Shown: positions 15,315 through 27,492 of the stretch, piece by piece
How positions within the stretch are numbered: the first letter of the stretch is position 1
Layout of the letters: the number at the start of each line of letters is the position of its first letter
Source of the DNA: Polymyxa betae A26-41
Taxonomy: Eukaryota; Protista; Endomyxa: Phytomyxea
Length of the DNA: 64,000 nucleotides
Direction of reading: 5' to 3'
NCBI GenBank assembly: GCA_003693705.1
Contig: RBZT01000633.1
Location: 62,001-126,000 of the forward strand
Notes under the pieces: generated by a model
Told to the model about the DNA's origin: nothing
The model's database searches: none
Seen by the model: only the letters and a program-made list of their open reading frames with translations
Position numbers and translations under genes: made by a program

Positions 15315-17525
15315 ATGACATCCAAGCACTCTATCGCTGACGAATCATTATACGATGATGCATCATCGACTTGGCAGCATGCTGATGGTAGACGCTCTTA
15401 TGAAGCTCGAAAACGAAATAAGCTTGTTCGCCGTCGTCTCATTCGTACTGGTGCTCAGAATCTACCAATTCGGATACTTTTCGCTGCCTTGCAGCTTATC
15501 CTTGCTTTCGTCGTAATCTTGACGATCTGGTCTTCATGGTATGAGAATTTTATAAAGTCTCCTCAAAGATTCAATCAAAGACTATTAGGGCGTTTATATA
15601 TCAACGTGACATCGCTGATCCGACATCGAATCCCATCAACGGAGCAAAATGGAAAGCGCCAGAATATCGTCGCAGCCTAGCCGCTTCCTCCGAATTCCTT
15701 TCAACAATGATTCAAACCGTCATCTTTCATTTTCCAGACGAACATCTACGGGCTGAGATCAACGACCTGCTGTTTGATCTTGCAAGTTTGTTGCCTCCAT
15801 TGCACTCGTTGTTCCCGCTGATTTTGCTCGCAGAGAAGAGCTCATTCATTCAAAGACGGTTTTTTGTACATTTTGCGGAATTGCAATTGAAACCAGAGAT
15901 ATCGGAGCCGAGAGTCGAAGGCAGAAAATTGACAGAGCCAGTATACCAAAACCTGACCCCATTCGTATGCGATATTGAAATAATGCTAGCATTTTTGAAT
16001 TAAGATTTTCTTGCTTAGACTTTCATCCCAAAACTTGTCGATATCGCAACGGGAGATTTCGAAATGTTGGTGTTGGGCAAAATGGAACATGCTAAAGCTG
16101 TCGCGACCATTGCTTCTGGTCGATTCGAAGTTAGCAACATCACTGCCGCAATGTCATTGACGTGCAAATTTCCAACTGGAAATCAACCGATGGAAACGTT
16201 CAAAATGAGATTTGATCGGATTTTAAAAGCAGTTGAGAATCCTTCTCCTCGGATAAGGCTTCTGTTAACTGTCCTCAATGCTCTGTTTCGATGGATCGAC
16301 ACTTCGTTCGAACCGATTCCTGTAACTCCCGCAGAAGTGGTGAAATTGGAACGTTTGGAGAATTTCTTAGATCATGAGCAATCAAAGAGGTTCCAGCAAG
16401 GTTATGAGCCTCTGGTTTCTGAAGACAAAAGAAGTCCAAAAGCTAAGTACTTGGACACGATCAAGCAATTGGCAGCTGACCAAAGCCGTTGTAGAAGAGG
16501 ATCTGAGAAAGGTATCATTCAGACGCATCTGTGCGAGATCAAATTTAAAGTGAAAAATTCAGTTCCCATATCATATCGAAGAGATACAGAAGGAATTGAG
16601 CTTCCTTCAGTGATTGCGGAACTAACTCTTTTGGAGTTACAAGAACAGATGAAGATGTGGAGAACACTCTGGAAAGGAGCCCTTCAGACATTTGTCCTGA
16701 ACAAGAAAATGCAGACTTTGTTCACAAGAACTATAACAGAGATTTGCGAAAGGTCTGCATGAATTAAATATCTCGATTGTCGCTCTTATTTTCCCTGCAG
16801 TTGGTTAACGTCACTTTCACTTGGACTAATTGTATACAAGTTTGAATTTGGAATTGACAGCGCTGAAGATGGACCTTCCATTACAATGTCTGCAGCTCAA
16901 CCTGTTGATCCATTTACATATGCAGTATCTTGTAGCTGGGCATTGCCTAAGTCAAAGTTGAGCTTTGGCTTGCAGGGTCCAAGCAACACATCGTTTCTTA
17001 AAATCGATGTAACTATTCTGCATATCTCGGTCGATCCTTCTAACTGCTCGACAGATTTCCAAGTTGAAACTGGTTTTCAACGCCACTATCCATGTCCCAC
17101 ACCCAATGCTTGTAGATCGGTCGTTTATATCATTCAGCTTCGCCCATGATCCAGTTGTCGATTTTGATTTGTCAGTTGACGCCTCTAAATCTCATATATT
17201 TCAAGCAGGGCTATGGACTGTCGATCCATTCATTCGCTTCACTAGGTAATTAGAGAGGAATGGAAAGTTGCTGGATCCTGAACTTTTGACCGCAGCAAAT
17301 ACGCTTTAAAACCGTTTCTCCTCAAATGGGTTGAAAGATTCCTGCAGATGATAACGTCACCAGGGAAGATCCACATTCCGTGGTTCGACAAGCCAACTGA
17401 GTTCGTCTGCTCAAGAATTGAAGCTGAGGTATGCAAACGCGTTTACAACCTCTCCCAGTTTGTACTTACCTCACAATCAGTCATCGTTTTCTTTGCTGCG
17501 TTCCAAGATTAGCACATTCTGGTAG
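15315..17525 (+). CDS. Membrane-anchored protein with probable SMP/TULIP lipid-transfer domain
   Basis: N-terminal TM (ILFAALQLILAFVVILTIW), then SSEFLSTMIQTVIF (SMP helix-1-like) and a C-terminal FAHDPVVDFDLSV...LKPFLLKWVERFLQMITSPGKIHIP resembling the end of SMP domains; stop 17523-17525. Confidence 0.5.
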
Positions 17526-17576
17526 CAAACCTGATGATTTGACAACATTAAAGCTTATAAACAAAGCACCTTTAAT

Positions 17577-17903
17577 CTATTTTGCAAATGCATCGAATGC
17601 ACGGACCAGATGCAGTATTCTGTATTCCAGTCTCTTGTTTTCAATTTGACATTCACGCAATGCATCTTGCAGATTACTTGAATTGTTTGATGTCATCGGC
17701 GCTTTGTTCTCTTTCTGAAGAAGCTCGGATCGGATTATCTCCAGGTCTTTGAACGATTCCTGCTTGAATTGCTCCACTCGAGCTCTGTTCTCTTCAATGA
17801 TTAGCACTTGCTGCTCGAGCAGTCCGATTGCAGATTCAGCTTTCTCGGTGCGCCTTTCCAGCAACGCGATGCGATCGTCCATGCCGGAATCAGGCATAGG
17901 CAT
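17577..17903 (-). CDS. Small coiled-coil protein with ArgRS-N-terminal-zipper-like motif
   Basis: Single ORF, heptad-rich, ending ENKRLEYRILHLVRAF. Confidence 0.7.
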   Translation of the reverse strand: MPMPDSGMDDRIALLERRTEKAESAIGLLEQQVLIIEENRARVEQFKQESFKDLEIIRSELLQKENKAPMTSNNSSNLQDALRECQIENKRLEYRILHLVRAFDAFAK

Positions 17904-18037
17904 TGCGGTCAAAAAGTGACGTCTGACAAACAGCAGTGCGCATCTCGGTTCTCGCAACTTCATTCCACGCAGATTTTTCCTTTTCTAGATTGAAATTGTT
18001 TTATTTATGATACTGTATTTTTGCCTATAATAAATGT

Positions 18038-19203
18038 CTAAGGTTGTTCTTCCACATCATCAGGTATGTCCACTTTTGGCGATACTGGAGGCTCGACAAA
18101 TTTTGGAATGTTTACGTTAACGGATTTGGCATTTTCCAAATTCTGATCGATGGCTTGAACTCGCTCCTTATGGGTCCCAGTTTCTAGATTACGATTTGCT
18201 GACATGATAATCTGCTCGATAACCTCAACATGATCGATTTTCTCCATCACTTCAGCCATGTCCCTCATATCATCTGTAAAGAAAATCAAAACCTTATCAA
18301 GGTATTGCACGATCGACATACAGCTTCTGTTTGCGATAAACGAGGTCTCGAATACAATGTATTTCCGCAAGGCTGCTCTAAGACACCGAATTCGTGCCTC
18401 CTCTGAACAACTAAATGAAAACAAAACCATTACGATTGTATCACCCATACCATTAGATTGGATGCCCTCATATACTCCAGCCATGACATCTGTATACAAT
18501 GTTTCCACTGCTTTCAGCCTACTTTTCGGATCCATAGTTTCCGATGTCTTAGGCGCGTCTTTTGGCTTAAAAAGCGTCGCGAATCCAGTAAACTTTCCGG
18601 TTGAGTCTATTTCGGACTCACTTTTGTCAATAGCTTTTTCTCTAGCTTCTGCAAGAGCCTAGCAAGTTATAAATCCAACCAATCTCATAACAGCATTCAT
18701 GTTCACTTTTGATATCTTTTTTCCTTCTTGGACAAGTTTTCCATTCATTTTCTCGTACAGAGAATTCATCTCGCTCACTTCGGGTAAGACGTCCGTTTCC
18801 AGTATACTTGCAAAAGCCAAACGCTCATTTGAGCCTACAAAACTGTTATTTTTACCAAAAAGCGCTCAAACATAGCAAATCTGATACTCTGTGCAACATC
18901 CACCTTCAATCGCTCCATTGCATTCGCGAGCGTCCCGAGCTCGAATCTCCCGCTAATTTTCTGGGACAATTTCGCTAGATTTTTGCAATGGACTCGCTCT
19001 AGACGGATCCTTTCCTTAAGAAAATTGGAGAATTCGTTCAGCGACTTATGCCCCTGGCAGATACTCTAAGGTCAAGCTATGACGATTCGCGATATGCCAA
19101 ATACATGATCGCAGGTGGCAACAACCGTGTCGAAATTCGTCCACAAGTGATCTGAAAAGTTTGGATGCGCCTGATCCACTCGTGAATCATGGCTCATGAC
19201 CAT
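18038..19203 (-). CDS. F-BAR (FCH) domain protein
   Basis: Spliced 5' exons missed by the ORF track: FSDHLWTNFDTVV|..GHKSLNEFSNFLKERIRLERVHCKNLAKLSQK..ELGTLANAMERLK; C-terminal EEARIRCLRAALRKY and MEKIDHVEVIEQII match F-BAR helices. Confidence 0.8.
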
Positions 19204-19794
19204 TTTAAAGATGATGTGAGACCAGAAGAAGCGTCTGTTGTTTAGCGACTTGCAGTCATAACATGGGCGAGGATACGATGTCGTTATATCGGAGTTAGGA
19301 TTCTAAGAGGCTCCAAGGACAAGAGCTACTACCAGTACCATTCGGCCCGGGACCCCATCACCCCATTTCACTTATTCATATTTCTGTCTGCTGCTAACAA
19401 CAAACTAGTTGGCTGTCCTTTCGTATGGGGAACCTAATTCTTTATTACATTGTGTTTATCTGAAATTCAACCATATTTCTGTCGTTTGAGCAATATTTGC
19501 GATTTGAACAGCCCTAATGCCCGAACTGCAAACTGTTAAAGCCTAATTTAACTCCAAGTATTGAATCCCTTGAATTGTTTAAAGCTTTCTAGCGTCGCAT
19601 TTAAAATTGCCTGCAGATCAACAAAACAGTGGCGGCATTGCTGCTTGGACCCACCAATACAAAACAATCTTCAAGGGCAAAATTGATTGGATACGTTACT
19701 GTAGCACAAAATGATTGAAGGCTTTCCACAGCAGATCGCGACATGTTTTCGATTTACCAGAACAACTGCCGTTGAGACGTTTCAACAGCCGATT

Positions 19795-21600
19795 TTATTC
19801 AAATATTGGTTGACTTCTCATTGCATTTTGAATAGCATTGCAATAAGCTCGAAAATCCGGCCGGTTTTGAATGGATTTGATGTAATTAACGAGGTTCTCT
19901 TGAATATAAGTTGGGTGATTTGGGCAGTTGATGTCAGGGGCGGTCGCGATCAGATTCTGGAAATTCCAGACACGGTTCATCACATAAAGAACTGACGTCA
20001 ACCTTGAACAGAGCTCTGATTGAAGGAATGTAAAAGCGTGTTTCGTCCACACAGATTCAGAGCAAGGAACTGCAATTATCTGCTAACAATTTCATTCATA
20101 GCAAACGTGGATTCAGGTAACTTACGAGGCTTGGGAATTCAAAACGAACGACGGGAGGGTTCTGCGGCTCAGGTCGTACAGGGATTTTTAAAAAGCTATG
20201 CCCTGCAACTTTGAAAATCAGGTGAACGCTGCACCCGTCCTCACAGTGCAGATAGAGCAAGCCCTGCCCAAAATCGTTCCATGCAGTTGCCTCTGACTCA
20301 CCATTCACACTCGATTGTGCTATCCTCATTCTTGCTGGAATACCATCCTCTTGGGAAGAAAGCAGGATAGCGTTGATCGCTTGCGATGTTTTGTTGAGGT
20401 TTTGCCGGTCTTGGGAGATTGTAGGAGCCTCATGCGTGAGAGCAGCTTCGCTCGTAGAGGAGGTCGTAGCCGACATTTTTGCATCGTGTTGCTTGCCCAG
20501 GCTAGGTTGTTCTGAGTTTTCTGGATTGTCATAACTCTTGTCTTTAACAACGCAACCTGCAGATGATTCCGATATGTTCTGAATCGCAGCTAACAGACTT
20601 TTCTTATTCCCATTTGAAATCGGTTCTTTGTTTGACTTCTTGATATGAATCCAGATGCCAGATGATAAAGGGAGGGAAGTAGGCGAGTTTTCTACTAGGT
20701 TTACGGTTTTGCTGCTGCCAGAACTCGAGGATATCGCTGGTCTTTTAGGGCGGTTGTGAACTTTGACTGAAATCTTGGCACCGCTATCAGCTCGTTTCCT
20801 TGTCTTTGTCTTAACTTTAAGTTCTAAAGCATACATTCAATTCAAACATAAATAGTGCTGTCCGCTACAGACGCTGTCTGCTCTTCTTCCGCTTATCTTT
20901 CGTTGATTGTCTCGAATAGGAGTTAGAAGCAGCAGGAGCAGAATCTAACCGTAGATCGTAGCTACAACTAATATCATCTTGGAATCACAGACGCGAATTG
21001 CTCAAATACCTCGAGCATTCGGTTGATTGGTCGACCGCTGGATTTTCGATTCCAGAATGATTCTTAACACCCGCATTGAGGTCAAGTGGCTTGTTATGGG
21101 CATCCTCAGAATGGCACAGGTAACATTTCCAGGCTTCCATATTATCTATCAAACTACCCAAGCATTATTAAACAGCATAAGCATGCACAGTTTTGTACCT
21201 TTTATGGCAATTAATGTGAAACTGCTTCGAGCATAAAACACATCGAATCTGAAACGACAGTGAGTAAAGGCTACAACAGGGCCTTTGTTTGAATTACGGT
21301 ATCGGCCCATTTAGATTCCGATTGGCACCAGCACATAATCACCTGTAACCACATCAAACCGAGCAAGAGAAACCGCCACTAATCAGCTTACATTCCGCCT
21401 CGTTGCTGACCTGGTCATTAGAAAATTTGACGAAACAGCTATCAAGCAAACCAATAGAGCAGTAGGACAAAATGGAGTACCATGTCAACATAGCGCTACT
21501 AAAATGAAATGTAACGAAACCATAGTCGCATCCACTCTGCTGATTGAAACAGGCTCAAAGAGATCCGTTAACATAACGATTTCTGTTAAACTTCCGGTTT
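19795..21600 (-). CDS. PHD-finger protein with Ser-rich linker and C-terminal PH/RanBD-like domain (boundaries approximate)
   Basis: Short exons splice to MCWCQSESKWADT|IRCVLCSKQFHINCHK|..EAWKCYLCH (C4HC3); downstream AWNDFGQGLLYL..VHLIF and HAFTF..ELCSRLTSVL resemble PH-superfold strands and helix. Confidence 0.65.
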
Positions 21601-22124
21601 CGGATGGCTTCATCATAATGCGACACAGAGAATGACGGCTTACTCCTCAGTTGTGTGGTATCCAGTTTGGACAAGTGCGGCTGCTGTCGCCGACCATTTC
21701 TTCAGCTGACGAAAGGGATTGTATCACAATTGACAGAAAGGTTCTCTCTGGTTTATTGTAATTCAATCTAGTTTAATAGAGAGCATAGCAGCGGCAATCA
21801 TTAGTTCGAGATAACTCAGAGTTTCTATCAGGAAATGTGATACATACTTAAAAAGGCCTGGTATTATCAAGGCCGGGATCGGTGCTTTTCCATTTCAATG
21901 CTCATCGTGTCCAGCAAAAACAAAATGGAAATGACAAGAGGCCGCGCCGGATGTTTCGCAATTATGTTGTTCGCTTGCAGGCTTCGTTCTGTCCAGTAGC
22001 TGCGCTATTGGCAAAAGCTTGGCGAAAAACTCGAACATTGGTTCGGCCGCCGCGCCCGAATCTGTCATCCGTCGATAGTTGAATTGGGATCTTTGATCTC
22101 TAGCTCGGTTTCGGCATTACAGCG

Positions 22125-25100
22125 ATGAGCACCGCCAATCCTTACATAGATGAGGAGGCTGAAGTCTCATCCGACGACGAGAACTTCCAAGTTTCTGAGG
22201 ATGAAGTTTCTGAAGATGAGGAAGAAGAAACAGAACGTCTCAACAAAGAAATGATCGCTGACGACGAAGAAGTCGAAGAGGAATTAAAGCGGGCCAGGGC
22301 TGAAAGGAGGCGTCAAGGCCAATCGACAGAAGAGCTTGTTGATGATGATTACTTATTACTTGAAGACCATCATGGTGTCAGATTCAACAGGAAACGAAGA
22401 GCAAGTGCAGGTAACTGTCCTAATACTTCCTTGTCAAATTTGTTTATCATGTGTTAGTCGAGGCTGCTGTTGATGGAAAAAGAAAGCGTCTGCAAAGGCA
22501 CGTCGAAAGCGATGAAGAAGACGTCGCTGAGGATATACCACGCCTGAAACAATCTGAACAATTTGAAGAAGACGATTACGGTCTATCGGATGATGAACCA
22601 GAACAGGGCAAAGACGATTGGCTGGATGACGATGTTGGAGCACGAAGAAAACAAAAAATGACGTCCGATCGCAGATCGGCGTCATTGTTCGGCGAGGCTG
22701 GCAGCATTTTCGGCGATATGACCGAGTTTTTGGCACAGTCTCAGATGGACAAGGAAGACGCTGATGAAACGGCAGTGGTAATTCAAGTTTGAATTCTTGC
22801 AGGATATATGCTAATGCCTTTGAAAGGCGCATCGCGATAGTCATGTCGAACCTTCTCTTGCTGCTCGACATATGGTTACCGCTGCCGATGATGTTATTCG
22901 AACGACAGATCAGCCCGAACGCCTGCAGTCTCGCATAGCGAATCGGGTTGTTCCTGATGAAGACCCGAAGGAGTTCCTCTTCCAGGAAGCTGAATGGATT
23001 CATCAAACGCGATATTCATCATTGGTATGACGTCAAACGGCTTTTTTCGCCGGTCTTAGATAAGAATTTAGCCTCCCGATACAACTGTTCCTTTGATTAT
23101 GACGGTTTTGGAGATGATTCGCGCCCATAATCTTGATGTGCCTTACATCCAAACTTATCAGAAGGACTATTACAGTCCTTTAGTTCCAGATGACATTTGG
23201 ACGATCGACCAATGCGATGAGAAATGGGACCATATTGTCGCGAAAAGGATCAATGTTTCTAAGCAAAGTATGCCGGTTTTTCAAACGACCTAATGCATTG
23301 ACTTGGAGTGTTTAGTTGAAAAGCATTTGCCGAATGATACTGAGCTACTCAGCCAAATAACCTGTGCTGTGGATGACGATGAGATCGAAGATATTCGTAA
23401 TTATGTTACGACTCGGACTTCAGCATTATCAGGCAAGAAGGTTCTACGTCGCGGCAACGTTCCCGAATCGCTGGATGATTCTTTGATGGAATCGCTTGTT
23501 CGTACCCTGTTCCTAGAGCCTCGTCAGGTCGGGCAGAATTTCCGCGCCCGATTCTTACAAATTGGTCCTACCGACCCTGAACAATCACCTGAAACCTTCT
23601 CGCAAGGTATTTTGTTTTGTTGCAGATTATGGATGTATCTGACAGCTCTTAGGTCTCGTGTCTGATAAATATAAAACCCCGGAAGAAGTGCTGGCAGCCG
23701 CCAGGCTGCGATGTGCTGCTGCTGCGGCCTGTGACCCCTTCGTTCGATGCGCCATCCGAGAGCGGTTCATGGAAGCCGCTGTTATTTGCACGAACCCGAC
23801 TGACAAGGGTCGACAAGTTATCGACTGGGCTCATGAGTGCGGCAGATCTCATTTTTCGTGCTTGCTGATCGTTTAACTGTTGTTGTAGATATTATGAAGT
23901 GAAACATTTGGTTGATAAGCCTATTCGGATGTTTTTGGCGGAACCATCTGTACAATTTGCATTGCTGACACGAGCGGAAGCGGAAGGCTTCATTACATCG
24001 ACAATTCGCATTCCTCAAGGCGACACCGCTTCCAAGCCTTTAATCAACGAATTCCAGGATCTGTTCCAGTCGACGGGATTGAGCTTAATCTGTCAACAAT
24101 GGAACGAACAACGTCGTTTAGTGTTTCAAGAAATTGTGGATCGTTTTCTGTTCAAAACTTTGGATTTTTGCACTCGGCGCAAGCTCCTGATGGTTGCACA
24201 TGAAGCCTTACTTGACCGGTGCATGAAGAGGTAAGGTTTTTGCTGCCTTGAGTTTACAGTTAGCATTAATGGTTGACAGGCTTCAAGATATATTGAGTCT
24301 GGCTCCACAACCTCGTGACAAGCTCATCTGCGCTTGCAGTGTCGGCGATCGTTCTGATCCCAGCTATGTTGCGATCATTGACCGGCAAGGCCTCATGGTC
24401 GATCACATCTCGTTGCCCTATATGAAGCTGTATTGTCGGAAATCAAATAACAAAAACTTTAACGGTTTGACTATCTGGCTGCGATTGCCCTTCTTCCATT
24501 GACGATTGTTTTTCAGATCTGAAGAGTAAAAAGGGGCAAGATGCTCGAAGATTTCGATCTTTTATTGAGCGGTACTCACCTGGGTTCATTGCCGTTTCAG
24601 CAGATTCGCTGGATGCGCGAGAATTCCATTCTGAGGTGCTCCTGTAATTTGCTGCTTCCTCAATAGATGGCTTAGCACTAGTGCAGGTAAAATTAGCCCT
24701 TCAAAGTCGAGCTGGTGACATCCCTGTGGAATTTGTGGATCCGTTCTCTGCCAGAACTGCGATGAACTCTCGAAGAATGACTGAAGAGCTCAGCGAGCAT
24801 CCACCGCTGTTACGCCACGCTGTTGCTTTGGCAAGATACGTACAAGACCCGTTGACCGAGGTATTGTAATACTGTCTCAGTCACTTTTGTCTCAGTCGTC
24901 TTCGTTCAGATTTGCAGTGCCTCTGTCGATCCCACTGACCTGGCGAGCTTGCCCCTTGATCCTTTGCAGAACTGTGTTCCTCAAACGATGCTGTTACGTG
25001 GGTTGCATCGCGTTTTAACCAATTTCGTCAATCATGTCGGAGTCGATATTAATCTTGCCATATCCCAAAACCATCTACAGGGTGATAGTACCATCTCTTC

Positions 25101-27172
25101 GGAGAATCCATTGATTTGATAATATTTCGCTCAGGTCCATTGCACTTTGTGAGCGGTCTAGGGCCACGAAAAGGTAAAGCAGTTGTTGACTTTATCAAAA
25201 GGAACGGGGCGATGTCATCCCGGGAGCACCTGAGCAAGATTCTTGGTGAATGCGTCTATCGCAACTGCATCGGATTCTTAAAGGTTATTGCTCCACCCTT
25301 CTCTCAGGTTGTTATCAGCATCGTCAATTAGCTTATTTGGATATTCACTGCACTTTATCCAGATGAGTATTAGCCCGCTTGATGAAACCAGGATTCACCC
25401 TGAACATTATCTGCTTTCTGATCGTGTCGTCGTGAACGCCCTCGATCTCGAAAATTCAGAAGCCAACCCCGATGCCCCACGATTCTCGCTGATCACCCAG
25501 CTTCGTACACCAGCAAAGCGGTACAAACTGGACGAGTTGGATCTGCAGGCATACGCCGAATCGATGGAGAAGGAAGGCGAGGGCCGATACCTTCAGACGT
25601 TGTTAATGATCAAAACTGAGCTGAAATCTGCTTTTGCCGACCAGTTGAGGCATCCCTTCGAGTAACTTTATCATTTGTGTGGTCGTAACATTTATGACTT
25701 GTTGTTAGACCTGAATCGCTTGAGTCTCTATTTCGGCTGCTGTCCGGTGAACAGCCAGATGTCACTTTGTATCGCGGGCAGATTATTGATGTTGTCGTCA
25801 CTAGCGTCACACGAGCTGGGATGATAGCCAGACTTGATTCGGGCTTACAAGCGTGGATCCCAAGCTCAGCGTATCCGGAAGGCTTTGCTGATCGTCAAGG
25901 TGACGAAGACATTGAGAAAACACTTTCCGATGCCTTCAAACACGTCAGAGTCATAATTACTCGAATTGATTTCGTCTGATGCTTGCTTAGAGGGGTACTA
26001 TTCGGACCCGATTGGTTTCGATCGACTATGAAAGGCTTCGGGTGGAGCTGACAGCTTCTGAAAGAGATATATCCAATAAGGAGTAAGTTTTTTGGTTTTC
26101 GGCACTCTTTTTGATAACAGACAATTTTGGTAGAATGTGGGAAGTTCCGTTTCGTAACGATCCATACAATGAGCCGATAACCGAAGAATCTGTTACCGGT
26201 GATGACGGATTATCAACCAAGCCAGCGAAGCCGAAATCTGTTCGCAAATTCATTCCTCGAAATATCGACCATCCTCTGTTCTCAAACGTCGATCGAGAGA
26301 CTGCTGAGAGCATGCTGAATGAAGCTGTAGGTTATTCGTTTTAGTTGATCGTTTCTAAATATAGTTTAGCCTGTGGGTGATGTTGTTATCCGACCGTCGC
26401 GTTTGGGCACCCATCAGCTGACGATAACGTGGAAATTTGCAGAGGACATATATGCTCACATTGCTGTCAATGAGTATGATAAACCCAATGATGTGGCTAA
26501 GGCGTTAGGGCGACGTCTTACTATCGAAAATGAACATTTTGAAGGTAATTACTGTTCTGTCTGACAGTGTAAATATAACCAGAGCTCAGATTTGGATGAA
26601 ATTTTGGCTCGATATATCAGGCCCTTAACAAAGTACGCGGAGGCCATCGTACAGGAGAAATGCTTCCGATATGGTACTGAAGAGGAAATCGATAGGCTGC
26701 TTAAAGATGAAAAGGAGGATGAGGTTGATTCTTTTGCACATGTTTGGACTCCCAGCTAATGTTCATATAGCCTAAGCGAATCCCCTATTTTTTCGGATAT
26801 TCCTCAAAGCACCCAGGGTTATTTGTATTCTCATTCCTGCCAAGCAAGCATGTGGTTCACGAATTGGTAAAGCTAACTCCAAAAGGATATCGATTTCAGA
26901 AGCGAAACTTCACCAAGGCGAGCCAGATCATTGCTTATATAAAATCAGATTTTGTCAAGCAACTCAAAGAACGCTCGAGAAAGGTACTGGTTTGAATGAG
27001 CTCTGTTTCACCAACTGCTGATTGCGGGTTTCGTCAGGCTGCTTCATTGAAAGCTCAACAAACCGCTACAAGCCCATCGAAAGGCCATTCTAGATGGGGC
27101 GAGCCTATAACTCAGGCATATGGTCGACCTCCTACTCATCCTGATCGCAGGCCCAATCTTCGCTACGAATAG
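22125..27172 (+). CDS. SPT6: Transcription elongation factor SPT6
   Basis: Acidic N-terminus, DVPYIQTYQKDY, ALARYVQDPL, FVSGLGPRKG, LDETRIHPEHY, S1 domain, tandem SH2 (RNIDHPLF, IRPSRLG..LTITWK, RIPYFF); stop 27170-27172. Confidence 0.97.
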
Positions 27173-27492
27173 TCGCCTTATTCTTGATGTAATCTGCACT
27201 AGACATACATTTATATAAAATCTTAATCAAAGCTATCGTTGCATTCATTCGGTGATTTTTCATCTGTAACTGCAAATCGAAACCGGAAAAAGTGATAAAA
27301 ATCGTGAGGGCTGCGCTGGATCGGTGGTCATCACATTTGACGGTGACGACGATCTTTTGTGAATTTCCACTTGGCGGTATAGAGGCATTGCCTCGTTATC
27401 GAACAGGCGATTGCAGATAAGACTATCCTGGGTCGTTGGGGCAATTTTCTGTTGCATTCAGCCAGTTTTTGGACTGATCCCCAGCGGCCTGA

